A DNA stretch of 35,646 bases from a virus (lineage: Duplodnaviria; Caudoviricetes), in IMG/VR virus record IMGVR_UViG_3300033555_000015, positions 1-35,646 of that record. One strand, given 5' to 3'. The position numbers and the translations under genes were made by a program. Of the stretch, positions 8,187 through 16,434 are shown one piece after another; within the stretch, counting starts at the first letter, position 1; the number at the start of each line of letters is the position of its first letter. The notes under the pieces were generated by a model. The model had not been told where the DNA came from. It was given only the letters and a program-made list of their open reading frames with translations, and did not search any database.

Positions 8187-8189
8187 GTG

Positions 8190-8405
8190 CTATGCACGGA
8201 TCCTTCCAAATACGAGTGAGTTGACAAGAGACACGTTGGGGGCACCAATGATGAGATCCCCCGTGACAAGGATGCCATAGATTTCTGTGTCCGGCACAGT
8301 GACATGAAGGTCCCCGTGATGCACGGAGGCAAAGTCAGGGTACCGAGGGCCAAAGAAGTCAGCGTCAGGGGCGAGAGTCGTAAGGTATGCGGGTAGATGA
8401 TCCAT
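8190..8405 (-). CDS. hypothetical protein
   Basis: 71 aa; TGG-TAGACT-6-ATG leaderless promoter. Confidence 0.65.
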   Translation of the reverse strand: MDHLPAYLTTLAPDADFFGPRYPDFASVHHGDLHVTVPDTEIYGILVTGDLIIGAPNVSLVNSLVFGRIRA

Positions 8406-8466
8406 GCGGATAGTCTACCAGTCTACTCAAACGCTGACTCAGACCCTGTCAGAAAGACCGCACAGC

Positions 8467-8679
8467 CTAGCTTATACCATACTGAGCGAGTACCCGCGTG
8501 GCAGCGTCTTTTTGTTCGGCGTCTGTCTTGGCCGGATCCACGACGATCTTACCGAGACGGATGACCTCTTGAGGATCCAGGGCTCGTCTCATGTTGGGGT
8601 CGTCAGCCGGACCAGCAGAGGTGGCAGCCGACTTAGGGGTTGCCACCCGACCATCCTTGACCTTGCGTGGGGCTGCCAC
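8467..8679 (-). CDS. hypothetical protein
   Basis: 70 aa, GTG start 2 nt after the upstream stop. Confidence 0.65.
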   Translation of the reverse strand: MAAPRKVKDGRVATPKSAATSAGPADDPNMRRALDPQEVIRLGKIVVDPAKTDAEQKDAATRVLAQYGIS

Positions 8680-8681
8680 GA

Positions 8682-9224
8682 TTAGTCGTGCTCGTAAGAC
8701 TCGACTGTGAAGCCCTCGGTGGTGGCAGTAACCTCAGCATGGTCCCCGAAGTTCAGCTTGGCCACCGTCTCGAACCGGTCGAAGTTAAGTGCCTGGAGTG
8801 CCGCGTAGATCTCGGCAGTGCTTTGTCCGTTGAGTTCGAAGCGCTTGTTGGAGTCATCGTAGAACCGCTGGCGCTCCTCGTAGGATGCACTTAAGGCTGC
8901 TCTTATGGGGGCCTTCTCGATGTACTCGAACATCTCGTAGAGGCCGATGTATCCGTTTTCGTAGTCCCCGGCGTCCTCTTCGACGTTGAAGCGAGGGGCG
9001 AGCTTGACGTGCGCCTCGTGGACGGAGAAAATGCACGCGTCACCATCATTGAAGTAAGGGGTGTACTGGCTCCATCGCACCTCCAGTATGCCGTCTACGG
9101 CGAGGAGCTTGTCAATGGCGGAGAGGAACTCGGCGGAGTCACCCTGCTCGGTGGTGGCTGGCTCGGCATACTTGCTGCCTTCGATGGTCCGGTCCAGGAT
9201 TTCGAAGTTCTTGGGATCTGTCAT
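8682..9224 (-). CDS. conserved protein with W.QYTPYFNDG..C.F motif (probable partner of the DUF6915-like gene)
   Basis: Start MTDPKNFE with AGAAAG SD; motifs WSQYTPYFNDGDACIF and FGDHAEVT..Y.HD C-terminus; promoter TTGCGG-17-TAGACT at 9259-9287. Confidence 0.75.
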   Translation of the reverse strand: MTDPKNFEILDRTIEGSKYAEPATTEQGDSAEFLSAIDKLLAVDGILEVRWSQYTPYFNDGDACIFSVHEAHVKLAPRFNVEEDAGDYENGYIGLYEMFEYIEKAPIRAALSASYEERQRFYDDSNKRFELNGQSTAEIYAALQALNFDRFETVAKLNFGDHAEVTATTEGFTVESYEHD

Positions 9225-9343
9225 TTTGTACTTTCTGTTGGTGGTAAATATTAATTGGAGTCTAGCTGGTCGCGGGGGGTTCCGCAAGAGCAAATCTATA
9301 TAGGTCCAAGTCATCGTCTGCATACGATGGTAGAATCTATACT

Positions 9344-10069
9344 ATGAATGCAAAGATCTACGGGCTATATTGCGTGTGCTCCCGCTGCCCAGAAGAACAG
9401 ACACGATACGTAGGCCAAGCCCTGGATATGGATAGACGATTCAAGCGGCACCTGCGAGACTCCCACGAGGGGCCTCTGCCCTCATCCAGATGGATCGCCA
9501 AACACGGCGTGGACAACATCCGACACCGTATCCTAGAGGAGGTGGTGGACATCTCAAAGCTAAACGAAAGAGAGATTCACTGGATAGCAGCCCTAGGCAC
9601 GTATAGCGGAGCCGGAGGCAATGGGTTGAATCTTACTGTCGGGGGGCTCCATGGGATTACGGGACTAATTCGCCCGGAGTCCGTGAGAACCAAGATATCA
9701 GATTCCCTGAGAGGACACCCCGTCTCCGCAGACACCGTGGCAAAAATCAAAAAGACTCGCCATGACAGAGAGCATGGAGGTGGCCCCCCTTCCCGCACTA
9801 CCTGTATTTACTGCTATCCGAATGGACGCCCTCCAGCAAAGAGTTCTGCCCACAGTCGCTTCCACTTCCCTGGGGGGTATTGGAAAGAGGGCTGCTTGCA
9901 GTGTGCCCCCGCAGAGTACCGATCCGGGAAAATGTCTCGTCCCGAGTATGTAGCAGCAGGGCTGCCATCGAAGACTGATATGAAAGTCTCCGGTGCCCGC
10001 AGTGCCCACATCCGTTGGCACACAAACAAAGGGGTGTCATCCCCCGACTGCCTCTACTGCGGCGTCTGA
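9344..10069 (+). CDS. free-standing GIY-YIG homing endonuclease with NUMOD3-like repeats and three H-x3-H...CxxC modules
   Basis: IYGL...YVGQ...RFKRH...LNERE..WI...GLNL; ESVRTKISDSLRG; opposite strand to its neighbours; own promoter TGG-TAGAAT-7-ATG. Confidence 0.85.
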   Translation: MNAKIYGLYCVCSRCPEEQTRYVGQALDMDRRFKRHLRDSHEGPLPSSRWIAKHGVDNIRHRILEEVVDISKLNEREIHWIAALGTYSGAGGNGLNLTVGGLHGITGLIRPESVRTKISDSLRGHPVSADTVAKIKKTRHDREHGGGPPSRTTCIYCYPNGRPPAKSSAHSRFHFPGGYWKEGCLQCAPAEYRSGKMSRPEYVAAGLPSKTDMKVSGARSAHIRWHTNKGVSSPDCLYCGV

Positions 10070-10470
10070 TCTCGCGTCGGGTTTGGGACAGGGAACACCG
10101 AATCTAGTAGTTCTTCACGTCCTATGAATTTATTTCGTTTTCCCGACATCCACACCTTGCATTCGATGCAGGAGACCCAGTCAGCAGGAGAGGGCAGCCA
10201 GCCGAGGTCTTCGATGATGTGGCTCTCGGCAATGTCACGGGTCAGGATCTGCACGTCGTTGCCCTCACGATCTTTGACCGTGATGAAGGGGCCGAAGTGC
10301 TGCTCCACCATGAACGGGCCGTTGGAGTGGTGCAGGAATGCCCGGTGTCGCACGTCCCCGACTTGTGACTTGTACTGGTCGATAAACAAATGGATGGGGT
10401 GGTAGTCCGCAGCGGTCCCGGCTTTAAAGTGCCGGGCAGATGCGGCTGAGTGAATCCATGAGTTTGCCAT
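10054..10470 (-). CDS. DUF6915-like His-rich protein
   Basis: H.A.SAR.F...DY..IH.FID..K...D.RHRA.LHH..G.F..EQ.FG...E.H..EDLG.LPS.ADW pattern; leaderless promoter TTGACT-17-TAGGCT-6-ATG. Confidence 0.75.
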   Translation of the reverse strand: MANSWIHSAASARHFKAGTAADYHPIHLFIDQYKSQVGDVRHRAFLHHSNGPFMVEQHFGPFITVKDREGNDVQILTRDIAESHIIEDLGWLPSPADWVSCIECKVWMSGKRNKFIGREELLDSVFPVPNPTRDQTPQ

Positions 10471-10501
10471 ATCTAGAGCCTACCGGACCCGAGGGTGAAA
10501 G

Positions 10502-10735
10502 TCAACGCGGCGGCATGGATCCAGTGCTCGGCTGGAAGAACTGCCCCGGAGTGCGGGGGTTGCCGGTCCAGACTGCCGACAGCTTGTAGGTGTTGTCATC
10601 CCGCTGTCCGTTAAATCGGAGCATGGAAACCTCTGCCTCATCAGGGATTCCAAAGAGGAAGTCTCGCATGATCTTGGCCGTGATCTTGCCGGAGCCAGAT
10701 GACTCGGCGGTGTGCTTGACGGTGGTGTTAGTCAT
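10502..10735 (-). CDS. hypothetical protein
   Basis: 77-aa ORF overlapping the upstream gene. Confidence 0.65.
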   Translation of the reverse strand: MTNTTVKHTAESSGSGKITAKIMRDFLFGIPDEAEVSMLRFNGQRDDNTYKLSAVWTGNPRTPGQFFQPSTGSMPPR

Positions 10736-10913
10736 TTTCTGTCGCCAGTTTCAGTAGGGTGTTCCAGTCCTCAATCTCCTGGATCAGTTCGGCGCGAATC
10801 TCCCGGCCAAGCTCTGGCATGTAGGAGTTGTCTGTCTTGAGTTTCGCGAGGTTATACTCGTTGCGACTTAGCTGAGCAGCAAAGCGCTCCAGAGCATCGG
10901 CGTCATGCGGCAT
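10728..10913 (-). CDS. hypothetical protein
   Basis: 61 aa; TGATG overlap. Confidence 0.65.
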   Translation of the reverse strand: MPHDADALERFAAQLSRNEYNLAKLKTDNSYMPELGREIRAELIQEIEDWNTLLKLATEND

Positions 10914-11347
10914 CAGTAGTTCTCCTGGATACCATCCTCGGGCACCGTGAGCACGTACTGGTCAGCCCCAGCGATGTACCACGGGAAGGCCCACCACTTG
11001 AGGTTTCCGGCATCCTGCTGCGAGACCACAGGCGTCGAGTCGTCTTCTACCACGGCTACGTTGGACTTGGATACGGCGAAAGCCACGAGGTCTCCATCGT
11101 CCTGTTCGACGGTGAAGTTGAAGTCGTCTCCATCTCCCACCACATAGACGCCATCCTTCACCTCCACGAGAAGGGACTCTCGGGTCTCCCCGAGGACGTT
11201 GGGCGGGCTCTCCGACACAGTAATGAAGAGGAGCCACGAAAATATGCCGCCCAGGACAAAAAGCGCCAGAACCATCTCCCAAACATCGGTCCGCACTGCA
11301 ATGTATGAGAAAAGTAGCACGGCCACAACAATAAGTATGAATATCAT
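10913..11347 (-). CDS. membrane protein (2 TM plus extracytoplasmic beta domain)
   Basis: Hydrophobic N-terminus; TGC-TAGGCT-6-ATG promoter. Confidence 0.75.
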   Translation of the reverse strand: MIFILIVVAVLLFSYIAVRTDVWEMVLALFVLGGIFSWLLFITVSESPPNVLGETRESLLVEVKDGVYVVGDGDDFNFTVEQDDGDLVAFAVSKSNVAVVEDDSTPVVSQQDAGNLKWWAFPWYIAGADQYVLTVPEDGIQENY

Positions 11348-11390
11348 GAGGTGAGCCTAGCACATGGCGGTGCAAAAAGCTATGTCCCCT

Positions 11391-11471
11391 AGAAACAGAG
11401 ATACCCCGTGGGGTTTCCACGGGGCAATCTCCAAAGGCAACTATGGCCTACCTAAGGTAGCGACACCGGCA
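11391..11471 (-). ncRNA. candidate small RNA (~80 nt)
   Basis: Extended -10 TGC-TAGAAT (11478-11483), hairpin CTACC-TTA-GGTAG, then terminator hairpin GAGAT..CCCCGTGG-AAAC-CCCACGGGG..ATCTC-TGTTTCT; no ORF. Confidence 0.45.
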
Positions 11472-11490
11472 GGTACTATTCTAGCACAAG

Positions 11491-11679
11491 TTAGGCTGCA
11501 CTTCTGCTATTTTTCTTGTCCAACCAGAACCCACGTCCCCCGAGAAAGAGAGGGATTGAGAGCAGGAAGACCAGGATCAGCCAAGGAACCCATGCCAGTA
11601 TTAGAATGAATCCGTAAAGAACCGCGCTCCAGATAATAGAGTATGCGATCCCAAGGCCAATTGAATGCAGAAGTGACAT
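11491..11679 (-). CDS. small membrane protein
   Basis: 62 aa, almost entirely hydrophobic; TTGCAC-17-TAGGAT-6-ATG. Confidence 0.7.
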   Translation of the reverse strand: MSLLHSIGLGIAYSIIWSAVLYGFILILAWVPWLILVFLLSIPLFLGGRGFWLDKKNSRSAA

Positions 11680-11691
11680 GTCTTTATCCTA

Positions 11692-12003
11692 TCACCTAGC
11701 TGGACTGGGTGCAAGTTCCCGCCGACCGGGCTTGTCCGCACGGATGTGCAGCTTTTCCCAGTGCCTGCGCACCGTCTTGCGACACAGGTTACAGGAACAT
11801 ACGGGGAATTTATCGGCCTTGCGAGAGTTACAATCCCGACAGGACCAGACAATGTTCCAGCGTACATCTCGTCCGCCGATTGCGCGCGGAACAACGTGAT
11901 CTTTGGTCTTGTTCTCTTCGGTTAGTTCAATATCACAGTAGTGACAGACGTAGCTGGGAGGGGGGCTGAGCCCATCCCGCATTAGCGAGTTTAGAGTGCT
12001 CAT
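11692..12003 (-). CDS. HNH endonuclease
   Basis: CHYC...TKDHVVP..GG....N...SC..CN..K; AAAGGGGG SD; promoter TTGACA-18-TATATT at 12048-12077. Confidence 0.85.
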   Translation of the reverse strand: MSTLNSLMRDGLSPPPSYVCHYCDIELTEENKTKDHVVPRAIGGRDVRWNIVWSCRDCNSRKADKFPVCSCNLCRKTVRRHWEKLHIRADKPGRRELAPSPAR

Positions 12004-12020
12004 GATTCCCCCTTTCAGGA

Positions 12021-12200
12021 CTAGTTTTTCGTATGCTCTCTACGGACAATATACGGGCTAATGATGCCCGATGTCAACGTTGTGTTGCAGTCGTTGCAGA
12101 AGACCGCCGAGTTCCCTGCCGCAGAGGAGAAGGTGAAGTAGATCGTCCACTCGGCCTCAGGGCGAGGACCCTCATGGAAACTGGACACGCACGCGGCCAC
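12021..12200 (-). CDS. small putative zinc-binding protein
   Basis: Translated by hand, 59 aa: MAACVSSFHEG...FCNDC...; TAGTG overlap. Confidence 0.55.
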   Translation of the reverse strand: MAACVSSFHEGPRPEAEWTIYFTFSSAAGNSAVFCNDCNTTLTSGIISPYIVRREHTKN

Positions 12201-12529
12201 TAGTCGTCTCCCCCTGCCATGGATGACTTCTCAACCCACTGGGCAACAACCTCGGTGAGTTCCGAGAACGATAGTCCCTCCAGGTTGGAGGCTTTCTTTG
12301 GGTCCGTGATTGCGAGCTTAAACAGTTCGTACATCTTAATGATCTGCTTCTGCCCATCTGCTTCGATGACCGCCAGAACGCCCTCTCCGGGCATGGAGTG
12401 CATTGGTAGGGCCGTGGCACAGAATGCTTCGGTTTCGATGGTCAGCGGCTCTCCCAGGGCAGCGTCAGGGCCAAGCCACTCTTCCTCTTCCTGAGGAGTC
12501 GGGTCACCGTTTTCAATTCGTCCAGCCAT
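12200..12529 (-). CDS. hypothetical acidic protein
   Basis: Start MAGRIENG with AAAAAGG SD. Confidence 0.7.
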   Translation of the reverse strand: MAGRIENGDPTPQEEEEWLGPDAALGEPLTIETEAFCATALPMHSMPGEGVLAVIEADGQKQIIKMYELFKLAITDPKKASNLEGLSFSELTEVVAQWVEKSSMAGGDD

Positions 12530-12618
12530 TTGTGAAACCTTTTTCTTATTGCTGTTCTGGGTGGTCGGGAGGCCCAGGTGGCGGTTTGCCATTTTGAGGG
12601 CAAGTGCTATGATCCATC

Positions 12619-12756
12619 CTACCATCCGACTGCCCACCCTGTCGCGAGGATCAGGACTACTACGATAGCTACAGCTACGTAGCCTTGCACAGCACGCATA
12701 TGTTGGATAGCGGCACCGTACCTCTCTACCGAGAGTCTATCGAGCGGGTTGCTCAT
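12619..12756 (-). CDS. 45-aa single-TM membrane protein
   Basis: Translated by hand: MSNPLDRLSVERYGAAIQHMRAVQGYVAVAIVVVLILATGWAVGW; GAAGGA SD; TGC-TACACT -10 at 12788-12793. Confidence 0.6.
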   Translation of the reverse strand: MSNPLDRLSVERYGAAIQHMRAVQGYVAVAIVVVLILATGWAVGW

Positions 12757-12794
12757 TATCTTGCCGTCCTTCGTTGTTTGTCTCTTGAGTGTAG

Positions 12795-12833
12795 CAGAAA
12801 GGGCCGAACACTTTCTGAGTGTCCGGCCCTCTC
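12795..12833 (-). terminator. intrinsic terminator after rIIB
   Basis: AGGGCCGGACACT-cagaa-AGTGTTCGGCCCT-TTCT. Confidence 0.8.
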
Positions 12834-12843
12834 CGTATTGCTG

Positions 12844-13989
12844 TTAGGCGAGTTCGATTGCCTTGTCAAACGCGAGGCGGTTCTTCTGCGTCACGTTCTT
12901 GTTGCGGTACCGCTTGAGGTTGGTACCTTCCGGCAGGCTCTCCAGCACGATGGCCATCCGCGCGACCCGATCAAGGAAGTCCTGCTCCTCAAGGGAAACA
13001 ACGGGGACAACCTGGATCAGAGTAGGCGCAGCTTCGGCCTCGATCTGCTCAGCGAGAGCACCACGCCGGTACTCTTCCCACTCTGCCTCGTCCGACTCGT
13101 CGTCGTTCTCGTCATAGAAGTCCGGCTCTTCGGTCTCGTTCTCGTCCTCGGAGTAGTCCTCGTCCTCGGGTTCGACAAAGGAGTCAGCCACAAAGCTGTG
13201 CGTCGGCGTGTGGATCTCACCCTTGTTGTTCTCCACGACCACGTAACGCGAGACGCGCACCTTCTGGTCGTAGTGGTCCGAAGGCACAGACACCACGTCG
13301 CGCGGGTTCACCTTGACGGTGAGGAGCTTGGACCCGAAGGTGCTGGCGTAGGCGTACGCGCCAACGTGGAGCCCCACGGAGCAGGCCACACTGCGGTCGT
13401 TGTCCACCATGGAGCGGGGGATCTCGACCACGGAGCCGACGTTGTTCTGGAGCTTGGCATGCTCGAAGATGACACCGTCCACGATGCCGTATCCGGCGAA
13501 GGTAGAATGCCCGGAGCTAGAGACACCCTTGTAGGCAATGATGTCACCGTCCGGGTCAAGAACCATGCCGTTGGCCTCCACGAACGACGCAAGGTGCTTG
13601 CGAGATTTCTTCGAGGGGTTGGTGGCCAGCTTCTCCAGGAACGCCACGTAGGCGGGGAATCCGGCGTCCTTCTCTTCCGTACCCTCACCGAGGATGCGGA
13701 GGATGTGGTCGGTGAACTCGTTCTCGATGGCATCACCGTCGAGGTAGAGCGTCCCGCCACGTACGGTGATCCGCTCACTGAGCGACTTGAACCGGCTTTC
13801 AATATCCTTAGCGGGGTAGATCAGATCGAGAAGCCGGTTCTCGGGGTCTTCCCCGGAGAGCAGGATCTCCACGATGGCCGTCCACGAGGGGTTGTTGGTG
13901 GAGGAGACCGTGTGTGGCTCTCCGTCGATGAACACGGTGGCCCCGGAGAACTCTTCCGTATCCGTAATGGTGTACTGCGTCTTTGTCAT
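12844..13989 (-). CDS. rIIB: RIIB-like protein
   Basis: DGDIIAYKGV, V.MPR-like VEIPR, CSVGLHVG, KVNPRDVVSVP.D...KVRV.RY.V; directly after rIIA; AGAAAG SD before MTKTQY. Confidence 0.9.
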   Translation of the reverse strand: MTKTQYTITDTEEFSGATVFIDGEPHTVSSTNNPSWTAIVEILLSGEDPENRLLDLIYPAKDIESRFKSLSERITVRGGTLYLDGDAIENEFTDHILRILGEGTEEKDAGFPAYVAFLEKLATNPSKKSRKHLASFVEANGMVLDPDGDIIAYKGVSSSGHSTFAGYGIVDGVIFEHAKLQNNVGSVVEIPRSMVDNDRSVACSVGLHVGAYAYASTFGSKLLTVKVNPRDVVSVPSDHYDQKVRVSRYVVVENNKGEIHTPTHSFVADSFVEPEDEDYSEDENETEEPDFYDENDDESDEAEWEEYRRGALAEQIEAEAAPTLIQVVPVVSLEEQDFLDRVARMAIVLESLPEGTNLKRYRNKNVTQKNRLAFDKAIELA

Positions 13990-14038
13990 TACTTTCTTTC
14001 TGGTTGGGTTAGGTGTGTGTGTAACGTCTACAGGAAGT

Positions 14039-16276
14039 CTAGCTGTTTTCTGACACCAAGTCAAGCTGGCTGATCAAGTTGATGTACTGAACGATATGCG
14101 GCTCCTTGCCGTAGCCGTTGTACATGTCCTTGAGCAGGGGGTATCGAGAGCCCGGAGACGGCTCGGTGCTGAATGACGTATCAAGTCCACTTGCGTCCAG
14201 CCCGTAATCGTCAGCGGCAAGCTTTGCCTGTCGCAGAGCCTCAAACGCCCGGGAGGTAGTCGAGTCCGACACCGCCTTGATCCAGTCTCGCGTCGGGGCG
14301 TGCTGGATCTGATTGATATGGACAGACGTGAGGTCCTCAGCCCAGCGGTGCTTACGGTTGGCATTGTCTCGTGCCGCAATACGCTGGACATCGGTGAGTG
14401 CCACCCGCGCGGCCTGGATCCGCTCATCAAGTACCGTCTTGATGTCCACCATGTTTGGCAGAGCAGCCGCGTACTTTTTTGTGTTCATGCTGGCGGTTGC
14501 CACAATGAAGACGTACTTGCCACCGGTGAAGACCCCATTCAGGATGGGAATAAGCCTGTCATTCTCTGCCGCCCCATACTTGGTGGTCAAGGTACGCAGA
14601 ACCGTATCCGTGAGCGTGTCCGTACCCGCCTTGAGTAGGACGTAGGTTGCCGTGGGATCAAGGTCGTCCAACTGCTTGGACTCGTATGTCTTGCTGCCAA
14701 TGGCGTACCGGTTGGTTAGAATTCGCACTCCTGTAAGTACACGCGGCGTTCCCACGTTCGCCGCACGCTTCGCCCGGGAGAGGGCTCGCCGGGTCTCGAC
14801 AGCCGTCTCGGTAAATTCGTCTACTGGGATGATCGAGTCGAACAGGGCGACGAACAGTGGGTCGAGGTCTTTGGCCTGCTTGGCTGTGAAGACAGTTTGT
14901 ACATTGGAGGGCGAGGTGTCCTGCTTCTCAGCCAGGTATCGGGCGTAGAAAACAGACGGGGTGGACTGGAGGTACCTGCGAGCCCCGACAAACCCCCGCC
15001 GAGTTGCAGGCGGGTCTGCCGGAGCATCCATGCCGACCACGAGAACGTTCACTTTCTCCTCGCGAATGAGCGTCCGGTCAAGCCTGGAGTATTCGAGCCC
15101 AGAGGCTACGGAGGGGTACTCACTCTCCCCCGAGGCCCAGGAGTTTGCACCGCTGTTGTAGTGCGTCCGAATAGAAATTCGGTCTTCGAGAGGGGGCGAG
15201 GTGCGCAAGGAGTTATTGGTTCCCGCGAACTTGAGCGGCACGCCGTTGTAGCTGTACTCGCCCTCAAAGCCGTACTCATGGGCAGTGTACATCCGGAGGA
15301 ATGCGCTCCGGACAGACTTTGCGTCGTTGATCTGGTCCTCGTAGACCTTCCGACCCTCAGCCACCATCGTATCCACCCGAGCCTGGATGGCGTTGCTGGT
15401 GCGTGCGGAGTAACGAAGGTTTTCCCGGTTGTTCGGGAGGTCCACGGAGCCGTTCTCCAGGTTGAGCACAACGCGAGACAGGTAGCCCATACGCAAAGCG
15501 TGCGGCACCTTGAGGCGCGCGGACTCCCAGTCCACGTCATAGGCTACGGGACCGATGAGCGCGCTGCCGGTGTAGCGGCCACCGTAGGTCGGGGACTTGT
15601 CAAGGCTCACCCATCCGGCGTCCCCCACCTTGATGTACTTGGACGTGTCGTGGACGGAATCCTCGGGAGCGATGCCATCGATGAGGATGGATCCGGGGAG
15701 CCAGCCGAGGAACATGCCAGCAGTGACAGCCGAACGGAACATCTTGACCTCGTTGGTCGGGATGGTGACCTTGACACCGTTCGGAAGATCCGTGTCGGTC
15801 TCGCCCAGCATGCCCATGGAGGGTCCAGCGTTCTCACGCAGACGGACGACGACCACGTTCTTTTTACCATCCTTGATGGAGGTAACGGTGAACTGGGTTG
15901 CGATGGCCAGCCCGGACTTGGAGCCGAGACCGAAGCCACCGATCTCATCATTGCTGGCACGCTTGGGGGAGTCGCCGTACTGGCAGTACATACGAAGCTG
16001 CTCCCGGTCCATGCCGACACCCCAGTCTTCGATGATCAGAGAGGGTGAGAGCACGGAAGGTAGGGACACTTCTACGGGCCGAGTCTGGCCCGCTGCGAAG
16101 TGCGCGTCCCATGCGTTGGAGGTGTACTCACGCAGCACCGCCACGTAGGGGGACGAGTACATGTCAGTGAGGCCCTTGACGATCAGTGCCATGGCAGCGG
16201 CACTGATGCCCATTTCCACGTCCTCTTCGAAGACGAGGTTGCCCTGGGTAGTGGTGCCGTTCGATGTTAGCTTCAT
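14039..16276 (-). CDS. rIIA: RIIA-like protein (GHKL/Hsp90-type ATPase N-terminus)
   Basis: LREYTSNAWDAH, DWGVGM, GGFGLGSKS, NGVKVTIP, NRENL.Y; paired with rIIB. Confidence 0.9.
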   Translation of the reverse strand: MKLTSNGTTTQGNLVFEEDVEMGISAAAMALIVKGLTDMYSSPYVAVLREYTSNAWDAHFAAGQTRPVEVSLPSVLSPSLIIEDWGVGMDREQLRMYCQYGDSPKRASNDEIGGFGLGSKSGLAIATQFTVTSIKDGKKNVVVVRLRENAGPSMGMLGETDTDLPNGVKVTIPTNEVKMFRSAVTAGMFLGWLPGSILIDGIAPEDSVHDTSKYIKVGDAGWVSLDKSPTYGGRYTGSALIGPVAYDVDWESARLKVPHALRMGYLSRVVLNLENGSVDLPNNRENLRYSARTSNAIQARVDTMVAEGRKVYEDQINDAKSVRSAFLRMYTAHEYGFEGEYSYNGVPLKFAGTNNSLRTSPPLEDRISIRTHYNSGANSWASGESEYPSVASGLEYSRLDRTLIREEKVNVLVVGMDAPADPPATRRGFVGARRYLQSTPSVFYARYLAEKQDTSPSNVQTVFTAKQAKDLDPLFVALFDSIIPVDEFTETAVETRRALSRAKRAANVGTPRVLTGVRILTNRYAIGSKTYESKQLDDLDPTATYVLLKAGTDTLTDTVLRTLTTKYGAAENDRLIPILNGVFTGGKYVFIVATASMNTKKYAAALPNMVDIKTVLDERIQAARVALTDVQRIAARDNANRKHRWAEDLTSVHINQIQHAPTRDWIKAVSDSTTSRAFEALRQAKLAADDYGLDASGLDTSFSTEPSPGSRYPLLKDMYNGYGKEPHIVQYINLISQLDLVSENS

Positions 16277-16327
16277 TTTGTCCTTGTCGGTCGTGTCTGT
16301 TTGGGGGTTGTCGTTTGACTTACTAGA

Positions 16328-16406
16328 ACTCTAGCAGAACGTGAGCGCCTAGTCAACAACGAGAATAGGCCTGCTGAAATCACGATACACTCGAAGGGGC
16401 TATAAT
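16328..16406. promoter_or_regulatory. divergent promoters: rIIAB (-) and virion-gene island (+)
   Basis: Minus: TTGACT(16351-16356)-17-TAGAGT(16328-16333); plus: TATAAT at 16401-16406. Confidence 0.65.
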
Positions 16407-16434
16407 GCTCATATTTTTCACGTTCGGAGACATC

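Noticed and set aside
9225-10069. Group I intron around the GIY-YIG gene
   Set aside because: Both flanking genes appear complete with their own starts and stops; the endonuclease is antisense; there is no room for a ribozyme core
11391-11490. tRNA in the intergenic gaps
   Set aside because: No cloverleaf, T-loop GTTCRA or CCA end in this gap or the other gaps examined
12021-12529. Possible tail-assembly-chaperone pair with -1 frameshift at GCA-GGG-GGA
   Set aside because: Not a canonical XXXYYYZ heptamer; no tape-measure or major tail gene adjacent; the TAGTG overlap explains the coupling
12685-14073. 462-aa plus-strand ORF
   Set aside because: Antisense shadow of rIIB caused by high-GC codon bias; no motifs or RBS
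14897-16048. 383-aa plus-strand ORF
   Set aside because: Antisense to rIIA; no recognisable features
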